From assembly GCA_965222115.1 (NCBI GenBank), contig CBDCTJ010000001.1, positions 448,001 to 512,000 on the forward strand: a DNA stretch of 64,000 nucleotides, in the 5' to 3' direction. A model generated the notes under the pieces. It searched no databases. It saw only the letters and a program-made list of their open reading frames with translations, and had not been told where the DNA came from. Below, piece by piece: positions 1-9,128 of this stretch (its first letter is position 1; every line of letters starts with the position of its first letter). A program made the translations under genes and the position numbers. The DNA comes from Planctomycetota bacterium (GTDB lineage: Bacteria > Planctomycetota > PLA2 > JAEUHO01).

Positions 1-270
1 CCCGGCGAAGCTGCGTTTCTGATTCGCGCGGAGAGCGCTGCTGGCGACGACAACGCCGCGGCCATTCGCATGCCGCTCAAGATCAACATTCCCGCGGGCT
101 ACGGCGAACGACAAGTCGCGTTGCAACTCAAGGTGGCCAAAATCCCCGTTCACCAAGGTGGTTGGTTTGTACTCGGCTTTCATTGGCAGGGTGAGCCACT
201 GGCCTGGAATCGATTTGCGGTGGGGCAACTCGCGCCATCACCTGAGTCGGGCGACAAAGAGGCGAAGTAG
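1..270 (+). CDS. Hypothetical protein, 3' part (open from window edge)
   Basis: Frame 1 is open from base 1 to TAG at 268-270; beta-rich-looking sequence. Confidence 0.6.
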   Translation, partial: PGEAAFLIRAESAAGDDNAAAIRMPLKINIPAGYGERQVALQLKVAKIPVHQGGWFVLGFHWQGEPLAWNRFAVGQLAPSPESGDKEAK

Positions 271-404
271 CCAGCGCGGCTCACGGTTAACTCGAACATC
301 AATTCGTCCATTCAAGAACATGAACATATAGCTAACATTTACTTGGCCCCCGATGTGCGTAGAGGATGGTGGTCCCTTCCGGGGGCGCCCTTTTGGAGAC
401 TCGG

Positions 405-2360
405 ATGTCCTATTCCCGTCGCGCATCTATTGCAGTAGTTGCCGTTTGTTCATTGCTCGCTTGGTCCTCATCGTCGCCCGCTATGGCCAAGAGTTCAAAG
501 CGCCGTTCCCGCAAGGCAGCGAAGAAGGTGGAGGACGCCCTCAAGCAGGTGCGTCGCTCCCGTTCTAGGTCTGCGCGATCGCCACAACGTGTGAATATTC
601 CGCGAGTTAGGAACAATCGCCCCGAGCCTCGCGTGCGTCGATCCGCGCCGTCCGTTACTCGTCCCATTTCTCAACCACGCGTGAATCGACCGGTCCGGCA
701 GCGCCCCGCCTTACGCACAATTCCCAACGCGCTGGACCGCATCCGGCATGGTCGCACGTCGCCCACTCGCCGCGCGGCACCGGGACGCACCACGATTCTG
801 CCGCCTGCCCGCACGCGGATTCCCTCCCCCACGCGTGTCCATTCTAGGACAGGTCGTTCATCTCTAGGAGACACCCGCCGTCGCGCCGTTATCCCGTCCA
901 ATGTGCGTCGTGCCCTTGCACCCTCGGCGGGCCGAGTTGCTCGTCGTGTCAATCAGCCGGCACCCGCTCAGCCGACAGCCATTGTGCGCCGCAGCAGCTC
1001 ACCCGGGCGTCGCGTCGTTCGCGCTCGCGGCACCGGTAGCCGTGTCGTGGGTCGCAGTTCAGCAAACATTCACGTGGGCCTCGGCGCCCATGCGCCGCGT
1101 AGCACCGGGTACTTCGGCGCACGCCGCGTAATCCGCTCCGGCGGTTCACGCGCCATCGGTCGTCGCGTCATTCATTCAAGCACCCATGGTGCTCGACGCA
1201 TTCGTCGTCGCGGCCGTGTCTATTCCTTCGGCCATGGCCGACGCCACCGTCATCGCAATCACAGCGGTTTCTACTTCAGTATTGGCGCCGTGTTGAATCC
1301 GTTTGGTTACTACCGCGTACCGTCGAGCTTTGGATTCACAACGGCCTATACCAACTACGGCGGTGCCTATGCGCCGGTGCCCATGTTTGGTTACGGCGTG
1401 CAGTACTACCCAGAAGAGGTGTTTGCAGGCGCCCCAGTGCCCGGATACATCGGAACCTACGATCCCTACGGGCCGGCCATACCGTACAGCGGTGAAATGC
1501 CAATCGGTCCCGAGCCGTACGTTGAGTATGGCGACCCGGAATATGGCGACCCGTTGCAGGACGGCAGTACCGTTCCGCCCTATGTGGATTACGGTCCGCG
1601 TAACGCTCCAAACAACGCTCCAGGTAGTGCTCCATCGGTGCCGGACTCGCATGCGTTCCCAGCACCCGACACGACAATACCAAATACGCAAACGCCAAAC
1701 ACCTACGTGCCGCAAGCACCGCTGCATCCCACACCGGAATACGGCGACGAAACGCCAACGGATAGCAACGCATGGCCTGCACCCGACACCGCTCCCGAGA
1801 GTTCAGCACAGCAGCCCGTTGCTCCAGAAGCAAACGAGCAGGCTGGCAATGAACAAGCTGGCGCGCCTCACCCCGACTTCAAGCGCGGTGTGGAAGCGTG
1901 GCAGGCTCGCGACTATGCCCGTGCCCGCGATCACTTCAGTCGCGTAACGGGTTCGGAACCGGGCAATGGTGAAGCGTGGTTGGCATTAATGCACACCTAC
2001 TTCGCCGAAGGTCAGTTCGGTAGTGCCGCAGCGTGCCTACGCCAGGCGGCTGCGCTCGACGCCTTCCCTCGCGGCTATCGCTTTGATGCGGCTCGCCTGT
2101 ATGAGAGCCCTGAGGCGTTCGCCAAACTGCGCGAAGACCTCCACAATCACGTCGCCAAGGACCGGGCCGATATCGATGCTCGCCTACTGAAGAGCTACTT
2201 CCATGTGGCGCTTGGCGAGTCCACGAAAGCTCGCAAGGGCATTGCCAAGATTCAAGCCACGCACCCCGAAGACAAGGCCGCACGCGCGCTTCAAACGGCG
2301 TTGCTACCGGCCCCGCCGCCGCCCGCCTTAGATGAGGGTGCGCCCTCGCAGGGCAAGTAA
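405..2360 (+). CDS. Secreted protein with Arg/Pro-rich low-complexity N-half and C-terminal TPR domain
   Basis: GGAGA RBS before ATG 405; signal peptide (SIAVVAVCSLLAWSSSSPAMA); TPR-like helices (FKRGVEAWQARDYARARDHF, EAWLALMHTYFAEGQFGSA). Confidence 0.75.
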   Translation: MSYSRRASIAVVAVCSLLAWSSSSPAMAKSSKRRSRKAAKKVEDALKQVRRSRSRSARSPQRVNIPRVRNNRPEPRVRRSAPSVTRPISQPRVNRPVRQRPALRTIPNALDRIRHGRTSPTRRAAPGRTTILPPARTRIPSPTRVHSRTGRSSLGDTRRRAVIPSNVRRALAPSAGRVARRVNQPAPAQPTAIVRRSSSPGRRVVRARGTGSRVVGRSSANIHVGLGAHAPRSTGYFGARRVIRSGGSRAIGRRVIHSSTHGARRIRRRGRVYSFGHGRRHRHRNHSGFYFSIGAVLNPFGYYRVPSSFGFTTAYTNYGGAYAPVPMFGYGVQYYPEEVFAGAPVPGYIGTYDPYGPAIPYSGEMPIGPEPYVEYGDPEYGDPLQDGSTVPPYVDYGPRNAPNNAPGSAPSVPDSHAFPAPDTTIPNTQTPNTYVPQAPLHPTPEYGDETPTDSNAWPAPDTAPESSAQQPVAPEANEQAGNEQAGAPHPDFKRGVEAWQARDYARARDHFSRVTGSEPGNGEAWLALMHTYFAEGQFGSAAACLRQAAALDAFPRGYRFDAARLYESPEAFAKLREDLHNHVAKDRADIDARLLKSYFHVALGESTKARKGIAKIQATHPEDKAARALQTALLPAPPPPALDEGAPSQGK

Positions 2361-2520
2361 GCGGTCGATTACGCCAGCGGAATCGCCACGAACCGTGCAA
2401 ACTCGCGGTGATGTCGAGTAGGGTGGCCGTTCGCGCGTGATGTCTCGGGACGTCGCGCGCGCTATTCGAAGGAGCCTGCACGTCGATGATTTGGCGTGCC
2501 GGGCCAGAGAGGATGTCTCG

Positions 2521-3006
2521 ATGAAGAACCGTTCCTTTGCACCCCTTGTGTGCATGTTGGGTGTCGCTGCCCTACTCGCTGCGTTTGCCGTGACGGGCAC
2601 CATGAAACCCGCCATGGGTGAAGGCGACGCCCCCGCCGTCAAGCCCGTTGCCTCCATCAAGTCCATCATGCACGCCAACAATGCCTACGAAGAAGAGGGC
2701 ACCGACAGCCTCTTCAAGATGGTGGACGCGTTTGTTGCGAGCAAGCCCGGCAAGGATCAAAAGAACGCCTGGACGCTTGCCCGTCACCGCGCATTGATGA
2801 TCGCCGAAGGGGGCAATCTCTTGTTGGCGCAAACGCCCATCCGCGGCGAAGCCAAATCGTGGAAAGAACACTCGGCTGCATTTCGCGATGAAGCCAAGAA
2901 GCTTTCCAAGGCGATTGCGATGCGCAACGTGGATAAGGCGGCCGCCGCCATTGCAACCGTCAAGAAGCGCTGCACAGCGTGTCACGACGCGCACCGTCCC
3001 CAGTAA
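2521..3006 (+). CDS. Periplasmic class II cytochrome c (c'/c556-like)
   Basis: Signal peptide, helical body, single C-terminal CTACH heme motif; AGAGGA upstream of ATG 2521. Confidence 0.8.
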   Translation: MKNRSFAPLVCMLGVAALLAAFAVTGTMKPAMGEGDAPAVKPVASIKSIMHANNAYEEEGTDSLFKMVDAFVASKPGKDQKNAWTLARHRALMIAEGGNLLLAQTPIRGEAKSWKEHSAAFRDEAKKLSKAIAMRNVDKAAAAIATVKKRCTACHDAHRPQ

Positions 3007-3063
3007 AGCAGTAAACGAACGAAACGCCACAAAACCATCTCGTTCTCATCGGACGAGTCACAC

Positions 3064-4377
3064 CTACTTTGCTGCGCGCGCTTCGAGCCAGGCTCGGAGC
3101 GCGCGTATTTCGTTGGCGTCCCCCACCAAGGGCGGCATGGTCGACCAAATGGTGGGCACGCCCGGTTTCTGTTTCGCAAGCGAATCGACGAAGATGCCAA
3201 TGCGATTCGCGTTCCATCCGTCTAGCAACCCACGCAACCCTCGGTAGCCGTCTCGTGTGTGGCATACGGCACATTGATGGCGGTACATCGCTTCACCCAC
3301 CGCGAATCGATCACCCGTTTCCAACACGGGCGCATCCACGGTGTGACTGAGGAAGCCGTCGCGGCGAAAACGCTCAATGTCATCCACATAGATCCCATTG
3401 GCGTACACCACGTCTCGTATCACAAACGGTTTGCGTAGCATCTCGCGAATCGCCTCGGCACTGCCAAAGCCCACAAAGCCCAGTACAACCAACACCACCG
3501 CACACCCTCGCGGCAAGCGTGTTGGCCGTCGAAGCGCTAGCACGATACCGGCAAACAACATGATCAACAGGGCGCTGCCCCCCAACCACCACAACGTACG
3601 CAGCCAAGGCACGCCCCCTTTGGTGCCGGCCATCGACCGAGAAAGCACGTCGCGCGCGCCCGCAGGCAGTGCTGCATGCGTAAACAACAGGCCCACGAGC
3701 GATACAATCAACCCCACGGCGATCCACCGGCCCGATCGTGACCACAGCAGTGTTCGATCGTCATCGTCGGATACGGCTCTAGCCGTCACAAGTGCAAAGC
3801 AGCCGGCGACAAACGTGCACGCGCCCAACCGCATGATCGTGGTCGGAACGTACGTGGGGTTGAACAATCCATCCCACACGCTCTTGGTGTCCACCCATCG
3901 TCCAGGCGACAGCATGAACGACAGAATGCCATTGATAATGAGCAACGTCACGATGCTGGCGCCGGCGTACAACCATCCCACACGCATATGATCACGCGGA
4001 GTCAATCGATCCCACGTCTTGTAATACACAATGGCGGTGGCCAACTCGATGAGGAAGAAGCACCACTCGGCTGCCCAAGCCCACACAAAGACTCGAATCA
4101 GCTCAAAGATGCCGTCGGGCGAAGCGAGCCCCACGACGAACCAAATCGCCACACCCGAGAGCGCGCCGAAAACGAGGGTAAGCAGAACAAAGAAACGCGC
4201 GTGACGTCGTGCATGGTCAAGAATGCCGGGACGGTTCAACCTGTGGCCGAGGCGCTCGGTGGTTACGAGATACAACCCACCCCCCACGGCGAAGTGCGCC
4301 ACGAACACGTGGGTGATCGCAATGATGGCGATAAGTCCCGGAACACCGAACCCCTCCGCGGTAAAGCGCGGAAACAT
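3064..4377 (-). CDS. Cytochrome bd oxidase subunit I (CydA)-like membrane protein fused to a C-terminal cytochrome c
   Basis: THVFVAHFAVGGG, GALSGVAIW, WAAEWCFFLIE, EAIREMLRKPFVI motifs; CAVCH with distal MPP; ATG 4377 overlaps the upstream TGA. Confidence 0.8.
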   Translation of the reverse strand: MFPRFTAEGFGVPGLIAIIAITHVFVAHFAVGGGLYLVTTERLGHRLNRPGILDHARRHARFFVLLTLVFGALSGVAIWFVVGLASPDGIFELIRVFVWAWAAEWCFFLIELATAIVYYKTWDRLTPRDHMRVGWLYAGASIVTLLIINGILSFMLSPGRWVDTKSVWDGLFNPTYVPTTIMRLGACTFVAGCFALVTARAVSDDDDRTLLWSRSGRWIAVGLIVSLVGLLFTHAALPAGARDVLSRSMAGTKGGVPWLRTLWWLGGSALLIMLFAGIVLALRRPTRLPRGCAVVLVVLGFVGFGSAEAIREMLRKPFVIRDVVYANGIYVDDIERFRRDGFLSHTVDAPVLETGDRFAVGEAMYRHQCAVCHTRDGYRGLRGLLDGWNANRIGIFVDSLAKQKPGVPTIWSTMPPLVGDANEIRALRAWLEARAAK

Positions 4378-5423
4378 CAAGACACCTCGCGTTTTGCGTG
4401 GGCGCGTCGCCACATCGAAGCGAGCCAAAGCAACGCGAAAGTCGCAACCAAGAAGCAGGCGAGAAAGAACAACAGGGCACCGTCGTGCGGGCCGGTAGCA
4501 CTCGACGACACGCCCTGCGTCTGCAACTGGAGGTCGCGTGTACGAAATCGAAGGTGTGTCCCTGCGGCAATGGCGAGAAACGCAGTGAGGGCAGTGAGCC
4601 ACGCCAACGATCGACGCCAGTGCCTCACCGCAAGCCATCCCAGCATGGGTACCGCAAGGGCTAGGCCGGCGGACACGTAGAGCATCGGGCCGGCACTTGC
4701 AAAGTCGCCTTCACGCGAGATGCGCTTTCCAATGCCCAGCAGTCCCGTCACGACTGTCAACACCGCAAGTGTTACGAGACCAAACTGTGCCATGGCGTGG
4801 TCTGCACGCTTCGATCGTATGCTCCCAGAAACTCCAACAACAATGAACCACACGGAACCAAACGCGATCGCTCCGACGATCTCGTGCGCCCAACGCAGAG
4901 GGGCTCCGGTTCGCGAAAGCGCCAAGATCCACCCCGGACGATGGCCCTCAGCGGTGATTGTGGCAATGACATCCGGGCGTTCGGAAAGCGTGACATTGGC
5001 CGCCAGAACAAATGAAAACAGCAGCAGTCCGCATAGAGGAATCGCACGCAGTACGGGCCCGGGTGTCTTTCCGCCATGAACGACGCCCTCGCAGGCGTAG
5101 GCCGCGTAGTAGCCAATCATTAACGCAAATACGGCCAGCAACCACGGCCAACCTGCCAGAACACTCGAAGCGTAAAACCGCTCGCCATGCATCAGTTGCA
5201 AGAAGAGCAGCGGCGCCACGCCGAGCGTGATGGTGAACGACATGGCCACGGGCAAGGACGTCGCACTCCTCGACAACATTGCGTCTGCGAATCGACCACG
5301 CGCCATGGCCAATGCAAAGGCCAGCGCGACCATGACATTCATGGCCGCCGTGTGCAGCGTGAACGTAACCGCGTGAAGGACCTCCACGATCCAAAGCGGC
5401 GCAGGAATGGGCGACATGGCCAT
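4377..5423 (-). CDS. Polytopic membrane protein, probable second (CydA'-like) subunit
   Basis: About 9 hydrophobic segments; TFTLH..MN and ITLGVAPLLFLQ motifs; translationally coupled (TGATG) to the CydA-like gene. Confidence 0.65.
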   Translation of the reverse strand: MAMSPIPAPLWIVEVLHAVTFTLHTAAMNVMVALAFALAMARGRFADAMLSRSATSLPVAMSFTITLGVAPLLFLQLMHGERFYASSVLAGWPWLLAVFALMIGYYAAYACEGVVHGGKTPGPVLRAIPLCGLLLFSFVLAANVTLSERPDVIATITAEGHRPGWILALSRTGAPLRWAHEIVGAIAFGSVWFIVVGVSGSIRSKRADHAMAQFGLVTLAVLTVVTGLLGIGKRISREGDFASAGPMLYVSAGLALAVPMLGWLAVRHWRRSLAWLTALTAFLAIAAGTHLRFRTRDLQLQTQGVSSSATGPHDGALLFFLACFLVATFALLWLASMWRRAHAKREVS

Positions 5424-5663
5424 GAACAGCTCTCTCTGCGTGCTCTCTCTGCATGGATCGAACTCGAATCGTGGCAACGTGTCATGAGCAACGACATCGT
5501 GCGACGTTTTAATCGAGACTCACGCGCCACCGCATCCAGTGACGAGCAAAAAACAGACGGAGACGGCCCACCATTGACGCACAATCGAAAGGAATCACAC
5601 GGGCACCGTCGCGCATTCGCGGTGTTCGTGCATCGTGCGCAGCATCGATCGGAAGGAAGCTAC

Positions 5664-6497
5664 GTGGTCCGTCGAAATTCCAGATCCCGCAAACGTCGCC
5701 GACGCCAGCACGCACAGAACACACCCGAGGACCCGTCCAATCAAAGACAGCAGAAACACCCGACGCAGCCCTCGACGACGATGCAGGACGCGGATGCAGC
5801 GAAGCAGAACGCATCCGGAGTTAGCAACACGCGCGTGCGTATTCGCCCCTGGCGCGAGCAGATGCAAGGCGCGCTCGATGCGTTGCGTGCCTGGGCACGG
5901 GTGAACTACAGTGAACCGGTGGACACGTTCGTGGCGTCACGCTTTGGTACGCCGCCCAACGCGGACCATCCGCATGACATTGATCGCGCAATAGATGATT
6001 TTCTGTGTTCCCTCGGTTCCGCCGGACACGAACGGGCGAGCATCGCCAAGGCCTTCGCAAACAAGGCAGAGGACCTCGAAGACACCGATCGCACGCAAGT
6101 GGCGCGCTGGGATCGTGAACGCCGGCGCGGCGTGTTCCTTATCCAACGCGCAACGCGTGACACACTCGACGTGTGGGATCCTCTTGAAGGAGCGCCCCTG
6201 TCGCTTCATTTGCTCGAACGCATTGGGCAAGCACGGGCGAGAGACCTCGCCCGAGGAACCGTTGCCGTGGCCACCTATATGCCATGGGTCGCACGACTCG
6301 TTGCCACAGATCGCGTCGAGTTCTTCGATGCGTCCGAAGCGCTTCCGTTGTTTCGACGTCAAGTCGAAGAGGAAGGCGCGCTTTGGCATGAACTGCCTGC
6401 AGTTGTACCGATGCGCGCCCAGAAGACATTGGCGAAGAAGGTGCGTAGCTCGAAAGCAAGTGCATCGCCGGGTCGCAGCAAACGCAAGCGCTCGTGA
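5664..6497 (+). CDS. Hypothetical protein
   Basis: Long ORF with globular central part; GTG 5664 follows AGGAAG; start uncertain. Confidence 0.55.
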   Translation: MVRRNSRSRKRRRRQHAQNTPEDPSNQRQQKHPTQPSTTMQDADAAKQNASGVSNTRVRIRPWREQMQGALDALRAWARVNYSEPVDTFVASRFGTPPNADHPHDIDRAIDDFLCSLGSAGHERASIAKAFANKAEDLEDTDRTQVARWDRERRRGVFLIQRATRDTLDVWDPLEGAPLSLHLLERIGQARARDLARGTVAVATYMPWVARLVATDRVEFFDASEALPLFRRQVEEEGALWHELPAVVPMRAQKTLAKKVRSSKASASPGRSKRKRS

Positions 6498-6548
6498 CGA
6501 ACTAAGGACGGCTCGCGCGATTCAGAACGATTCGCACGATTCTAGCGT

Positions 6549-6830
6549 CTACGGCATACGAAAGGCACCGTGCCCATCACTTGCGGGTGCGGAAGGACGC
6601 TTGCCGTCGGCATTGTCGCCATAGACAGGACGTCCCGCAGCACTCGCCTCGTCTGAGTCACTTGTGCTCTTTGATGGCGCGATGGAATCGACCGCTCCAC
6701 CGACCGTGTCCGTGAGGCTATTCCATCCCGAAGTCACCGTGTCGCCGACGTCCGAAAACGTTGAACAACCCAGCGCAAAGCTCATCGCACATACGATGAC
6801 GACCAACCCAAGAACTCGACTGCCGCGCAT
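6549..6830 (-). CDS. Small lipoprotein
   Basis: AGGAGG RBS; hydrophobic signal ending in lipobox ALGC. Confidence 0.7.
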   Translation of the reverse strand: MRGSRVLGLVVIVCAMSFALGCSTFSDVGDTVTSGWNSLTDTVGGAVDSIAPSKSTSDSDEASAAGRPVYGDNADGKRPSAPASDGHGAFRMP

Positions 6831-7016
6831 GGCGCCTCCTACCTACTACCCGTGTGACGCCTAAGGATACGAGATGATGCGGTCGTTGATCGCAAATGGC
6901 GGGCACAAAGATCGTCCGGGCCGTCACAACCAAACGGTCCCTTCAATTGCAAACGGCCAATGTCCTCGATGGGACACTGGCCGCACGCGGGCTCGTCGTC
7001 AGGAACGACGGAACTA

Positions 7017-7808
7017 CTAGGACGCCTTCTTCTTGACCTTCTTGGGCGTGAGCTTCCAGAGTTCGGACTGCTTCTTACGAATATCGGCAAGTTGCTTGCG
7101 AATCTCGGCTTGCTGCTTCTTCACCTTCGCCATCTTCTTGTCGTTGTCCTTCATGCGACCAACTTTACCGTTGATCACCTTCTCGGCATTGGCGAGCTGA
7201 TCTTGTTCGGTGAGAAGATTGAGGTGCTTCTTGACGACCTTGTCGAGCTTCTCTTTGAAGACCTTACTAGCCACCTTGCCCATGGCCTTGTAGAGCTTGC
7301 TGGTCTTGAGACGACCCTTTTCGAGCACGGAAATCTTTACGTTGACAGGGTCAATCAACAAGATGCGCGGTACGGCCTTGCCGTTGCCCTTGAGAATTGG
7401 GTCGGCGGCCACGGCATCGGGATGCATCTTTATGCGGCGGAAGGCCTTCATGCCAAGGGCGACCCTCTCGTCCTTGAAGACAACGCCTTCAAGCTTCTCA
7501 ACGCCATCACAGGACGCCGCGTCATCGCAGACGTAGACGATGATGGGACGATCGCTCCAACGAAGCGGTGACTGACTTGCAGCTTGCTTGGCTTCGGCCG
7601 ACTCGGCGGAATCGCCGGTGGTGATGCTCTCTTTCTTGGCAGCTACGGCCTCGGCCGACTCCCACTTAATCTCTAGCGCCGCCAGACTGGCGGACGAACG
7701 ACCATTGCATCAGCCCGCTTCAGCGGCGGGGCTTAGGAATGCTGGCACACAGAGTGCGGCAAGCATCGCGAACGCTGTAAGCGTGCGGGCGCTACGAAGG
7801 TGCGTCAT
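7017..7808 (-). CDS. Predicted secreted selenoprotein, thioredoxin-like fold plus basic coiled coil (paralog 1; 263 aa, Sec at codon 33)
   Basis: GGAGA RBS; MTHLRSARTLTAFAMLAALCVPAFLSPAAEAG-TGA(7710-7712)-CNGRSS... in frame with the 7017-7451 ORF; RPIIVYVCDDAASC and VPRILL motifs; SECIS-like hairpin. Confidence 0.8.
7679..7693 (-). promoter_or_regulatory. Candidate bacterial SECIS hairpin (paralog 1)
   Basis: CCGCC-AGUCU-GGCGG at +17 to +31 after the UGA; loop resembles the E. coli fdhF SECIS loop. Confidence 0.65.
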
Positions 7809-7893
7809 GTCGGTTTCTCCATTACATCAATCCGCCCGTCGCAAGCGCGTCCCCGGACGGATCGCGGGATGCTTGCGCCTAGCAGGGTTTACG

Positions 7894-7932
7894 AAAAAGC
7901 GCGGGCGCTCGTCCTGAGACGAACGCCCGCGC
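7894..7932 (-). terminator. Rho-independent terminator after paralog 2
   Basis: GCGCGGGCG/CGCCCGCGC stem with inner stem, followed by T5 on the minus strand. Confidence 0.7.
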
Positions 7933-7940
7933 GTGAGGAT

Positions 7941-8744
7941 TTAGGACTTCTTGGATGCTCTCGGTGTGAGCTTCCAGAGTGCAGACTCCATTTCGCGGAG
8001 TTTCTTCTGCTCGCCTTCCAAGACCTCAAGCTTCTTCTTGAGCTTCTTGGCGGACGATGAATCGGAATCCTTCGCCGCGGTCAGACGCTGGCGCGCCTGC
8101 TGAACACGGGGATGAATCTTGTCGTATTCGCTGAGAAGCTTGACGTGCTTCTTCACTACGCCATCGAGCGACTCCTTGTAGAAAGGCTTCGAAATCTTTT
8201 TCATGGCGTTGTAGATGGGGCGGATATCTACGCGCTTGCTTTCAAGCACGACGACCTTATCTCGGGCCAAGTCCATAATGATCAAGCGAGGATCTGCCTT
8301 GCCGTGACCCTTGAGTAGGGATTCATCTGCGGCATCTTCGGGAGACATACGAACCATACGGAAGGCCTTGGACGCCAAGGCGACCTTCTTGTCCTTCCAC
8401 ACTTTTTCTTCGAGGCGCTCAGCCACTTCGCAGGTGCCGAGTTCGTCACATACCAGCACCATCAAGGGGCGCGAACGAAGTTCTTCGAGCTTGGCGTCGG
8501 CAAGCTTCTTAGCCGCCTCTGCAGACTCGTTATCGACACCTGTAACTTCACCCGTCTCGGGCATGAGTCGCTCAACGCGATCCCACTTGACTTGCATAGC
8601 CCGTTGGGCATCGGGTGAAGGAGCTGAACTACCACGCGACCGACCGCCGCCACCACCACCGGGGCATCAGCCAGCTTCGGCGGCGGGACTCCACATAAAC
8701 AAGGAAAGCGATAGGGCGAGGCCCGCAGTAATCAGCTTCTTCAT
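7941..8744 (-). CDS. Predicted secreted selenoprotein, thioredoxin-like fold (paralog 2; 267 aa, Sec at codon 26)
   Basis: GAGGAG RBS; MKKLITAGLALSLSLFMWSPAAEAG-TGA(8667-8669)-CPGGGGGGRS... in frame with the 7941-8597 ORF; RPLMVLVCDELGTC and DPRLII motifs. Confidence 0.8.
8636..8650 (-). promoter_or_regulatory. Candidate bacterial SECIS hairpin (paralog 2)
   Basis: GCGGC-GGUCG-GUCGC at +17 to +31 after the UGA, same register as paralog 1. Confidence 0.6.
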
Positions 8745-8786
8745 TCGGACGAACTCCTCTTGTGAAAAATGAGCGGAACCTCTAGG

Positions 8787-8820
8787 ACATGGGACGAGCC
8801 GATGCGTGTGTAGGTTTCCC
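8787..8820 (-). promoter_or_regulatory. ECF sigma-type promoter motif GGGAAACC-N16-CGTCCCATGT upstream of paralog 2
   Basis: Same two boxes and spacing recur at 51731-51764; GAAAC/CGTC match generic ECF -35/-10 elements. Confidence 0.6.
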
Positions 8821-9128
8821 ACGAATCTCCCGATCGGCAGATTCTGCTGGACGCACGCACCTCTTCGTTCAGCCGCCAAAAAGCTAAACGTCGAGTAAGG
8901 CCTGATTCCATCGCAGATTCTACACGTTCGTGCCCCGAATTCGCGTGATCGCAAGCCGTCTACCGGGCTCAAGGTCCCCGTTTCTCGGCCTTTCCGGGCT
9001 AATGAGCGGTCAGGGGCGTGAATTTTCGAGTATTTGGTCCCCATTTTCGGGGACCTATAGCGACTCGGACCTGTCAGTACGTCAAAAGTGCGAAGGACTC
9101 GACAGGAACAATAAGAAGGGCCTACGTC

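Noticed and set aside
4378-4638. N-terminal extension of the CydA-like ORF
   Set aside because: It overlaps the partner gene; translational coupling at TGATG gives start 4377.
6960-7571. 203-aa Leu-rich plus-strand ORF
   Set aside because: Antisense shadow of the AAG/GAG-rich paralog 1.
7017-8744. Pseudogenes with nonsense mutations
   Set aside because: Three diverged paralogs all have TGA specifically, next to Cys just after the cleavage site, with otherwise intact frames, RBSs and downstream hairpins.
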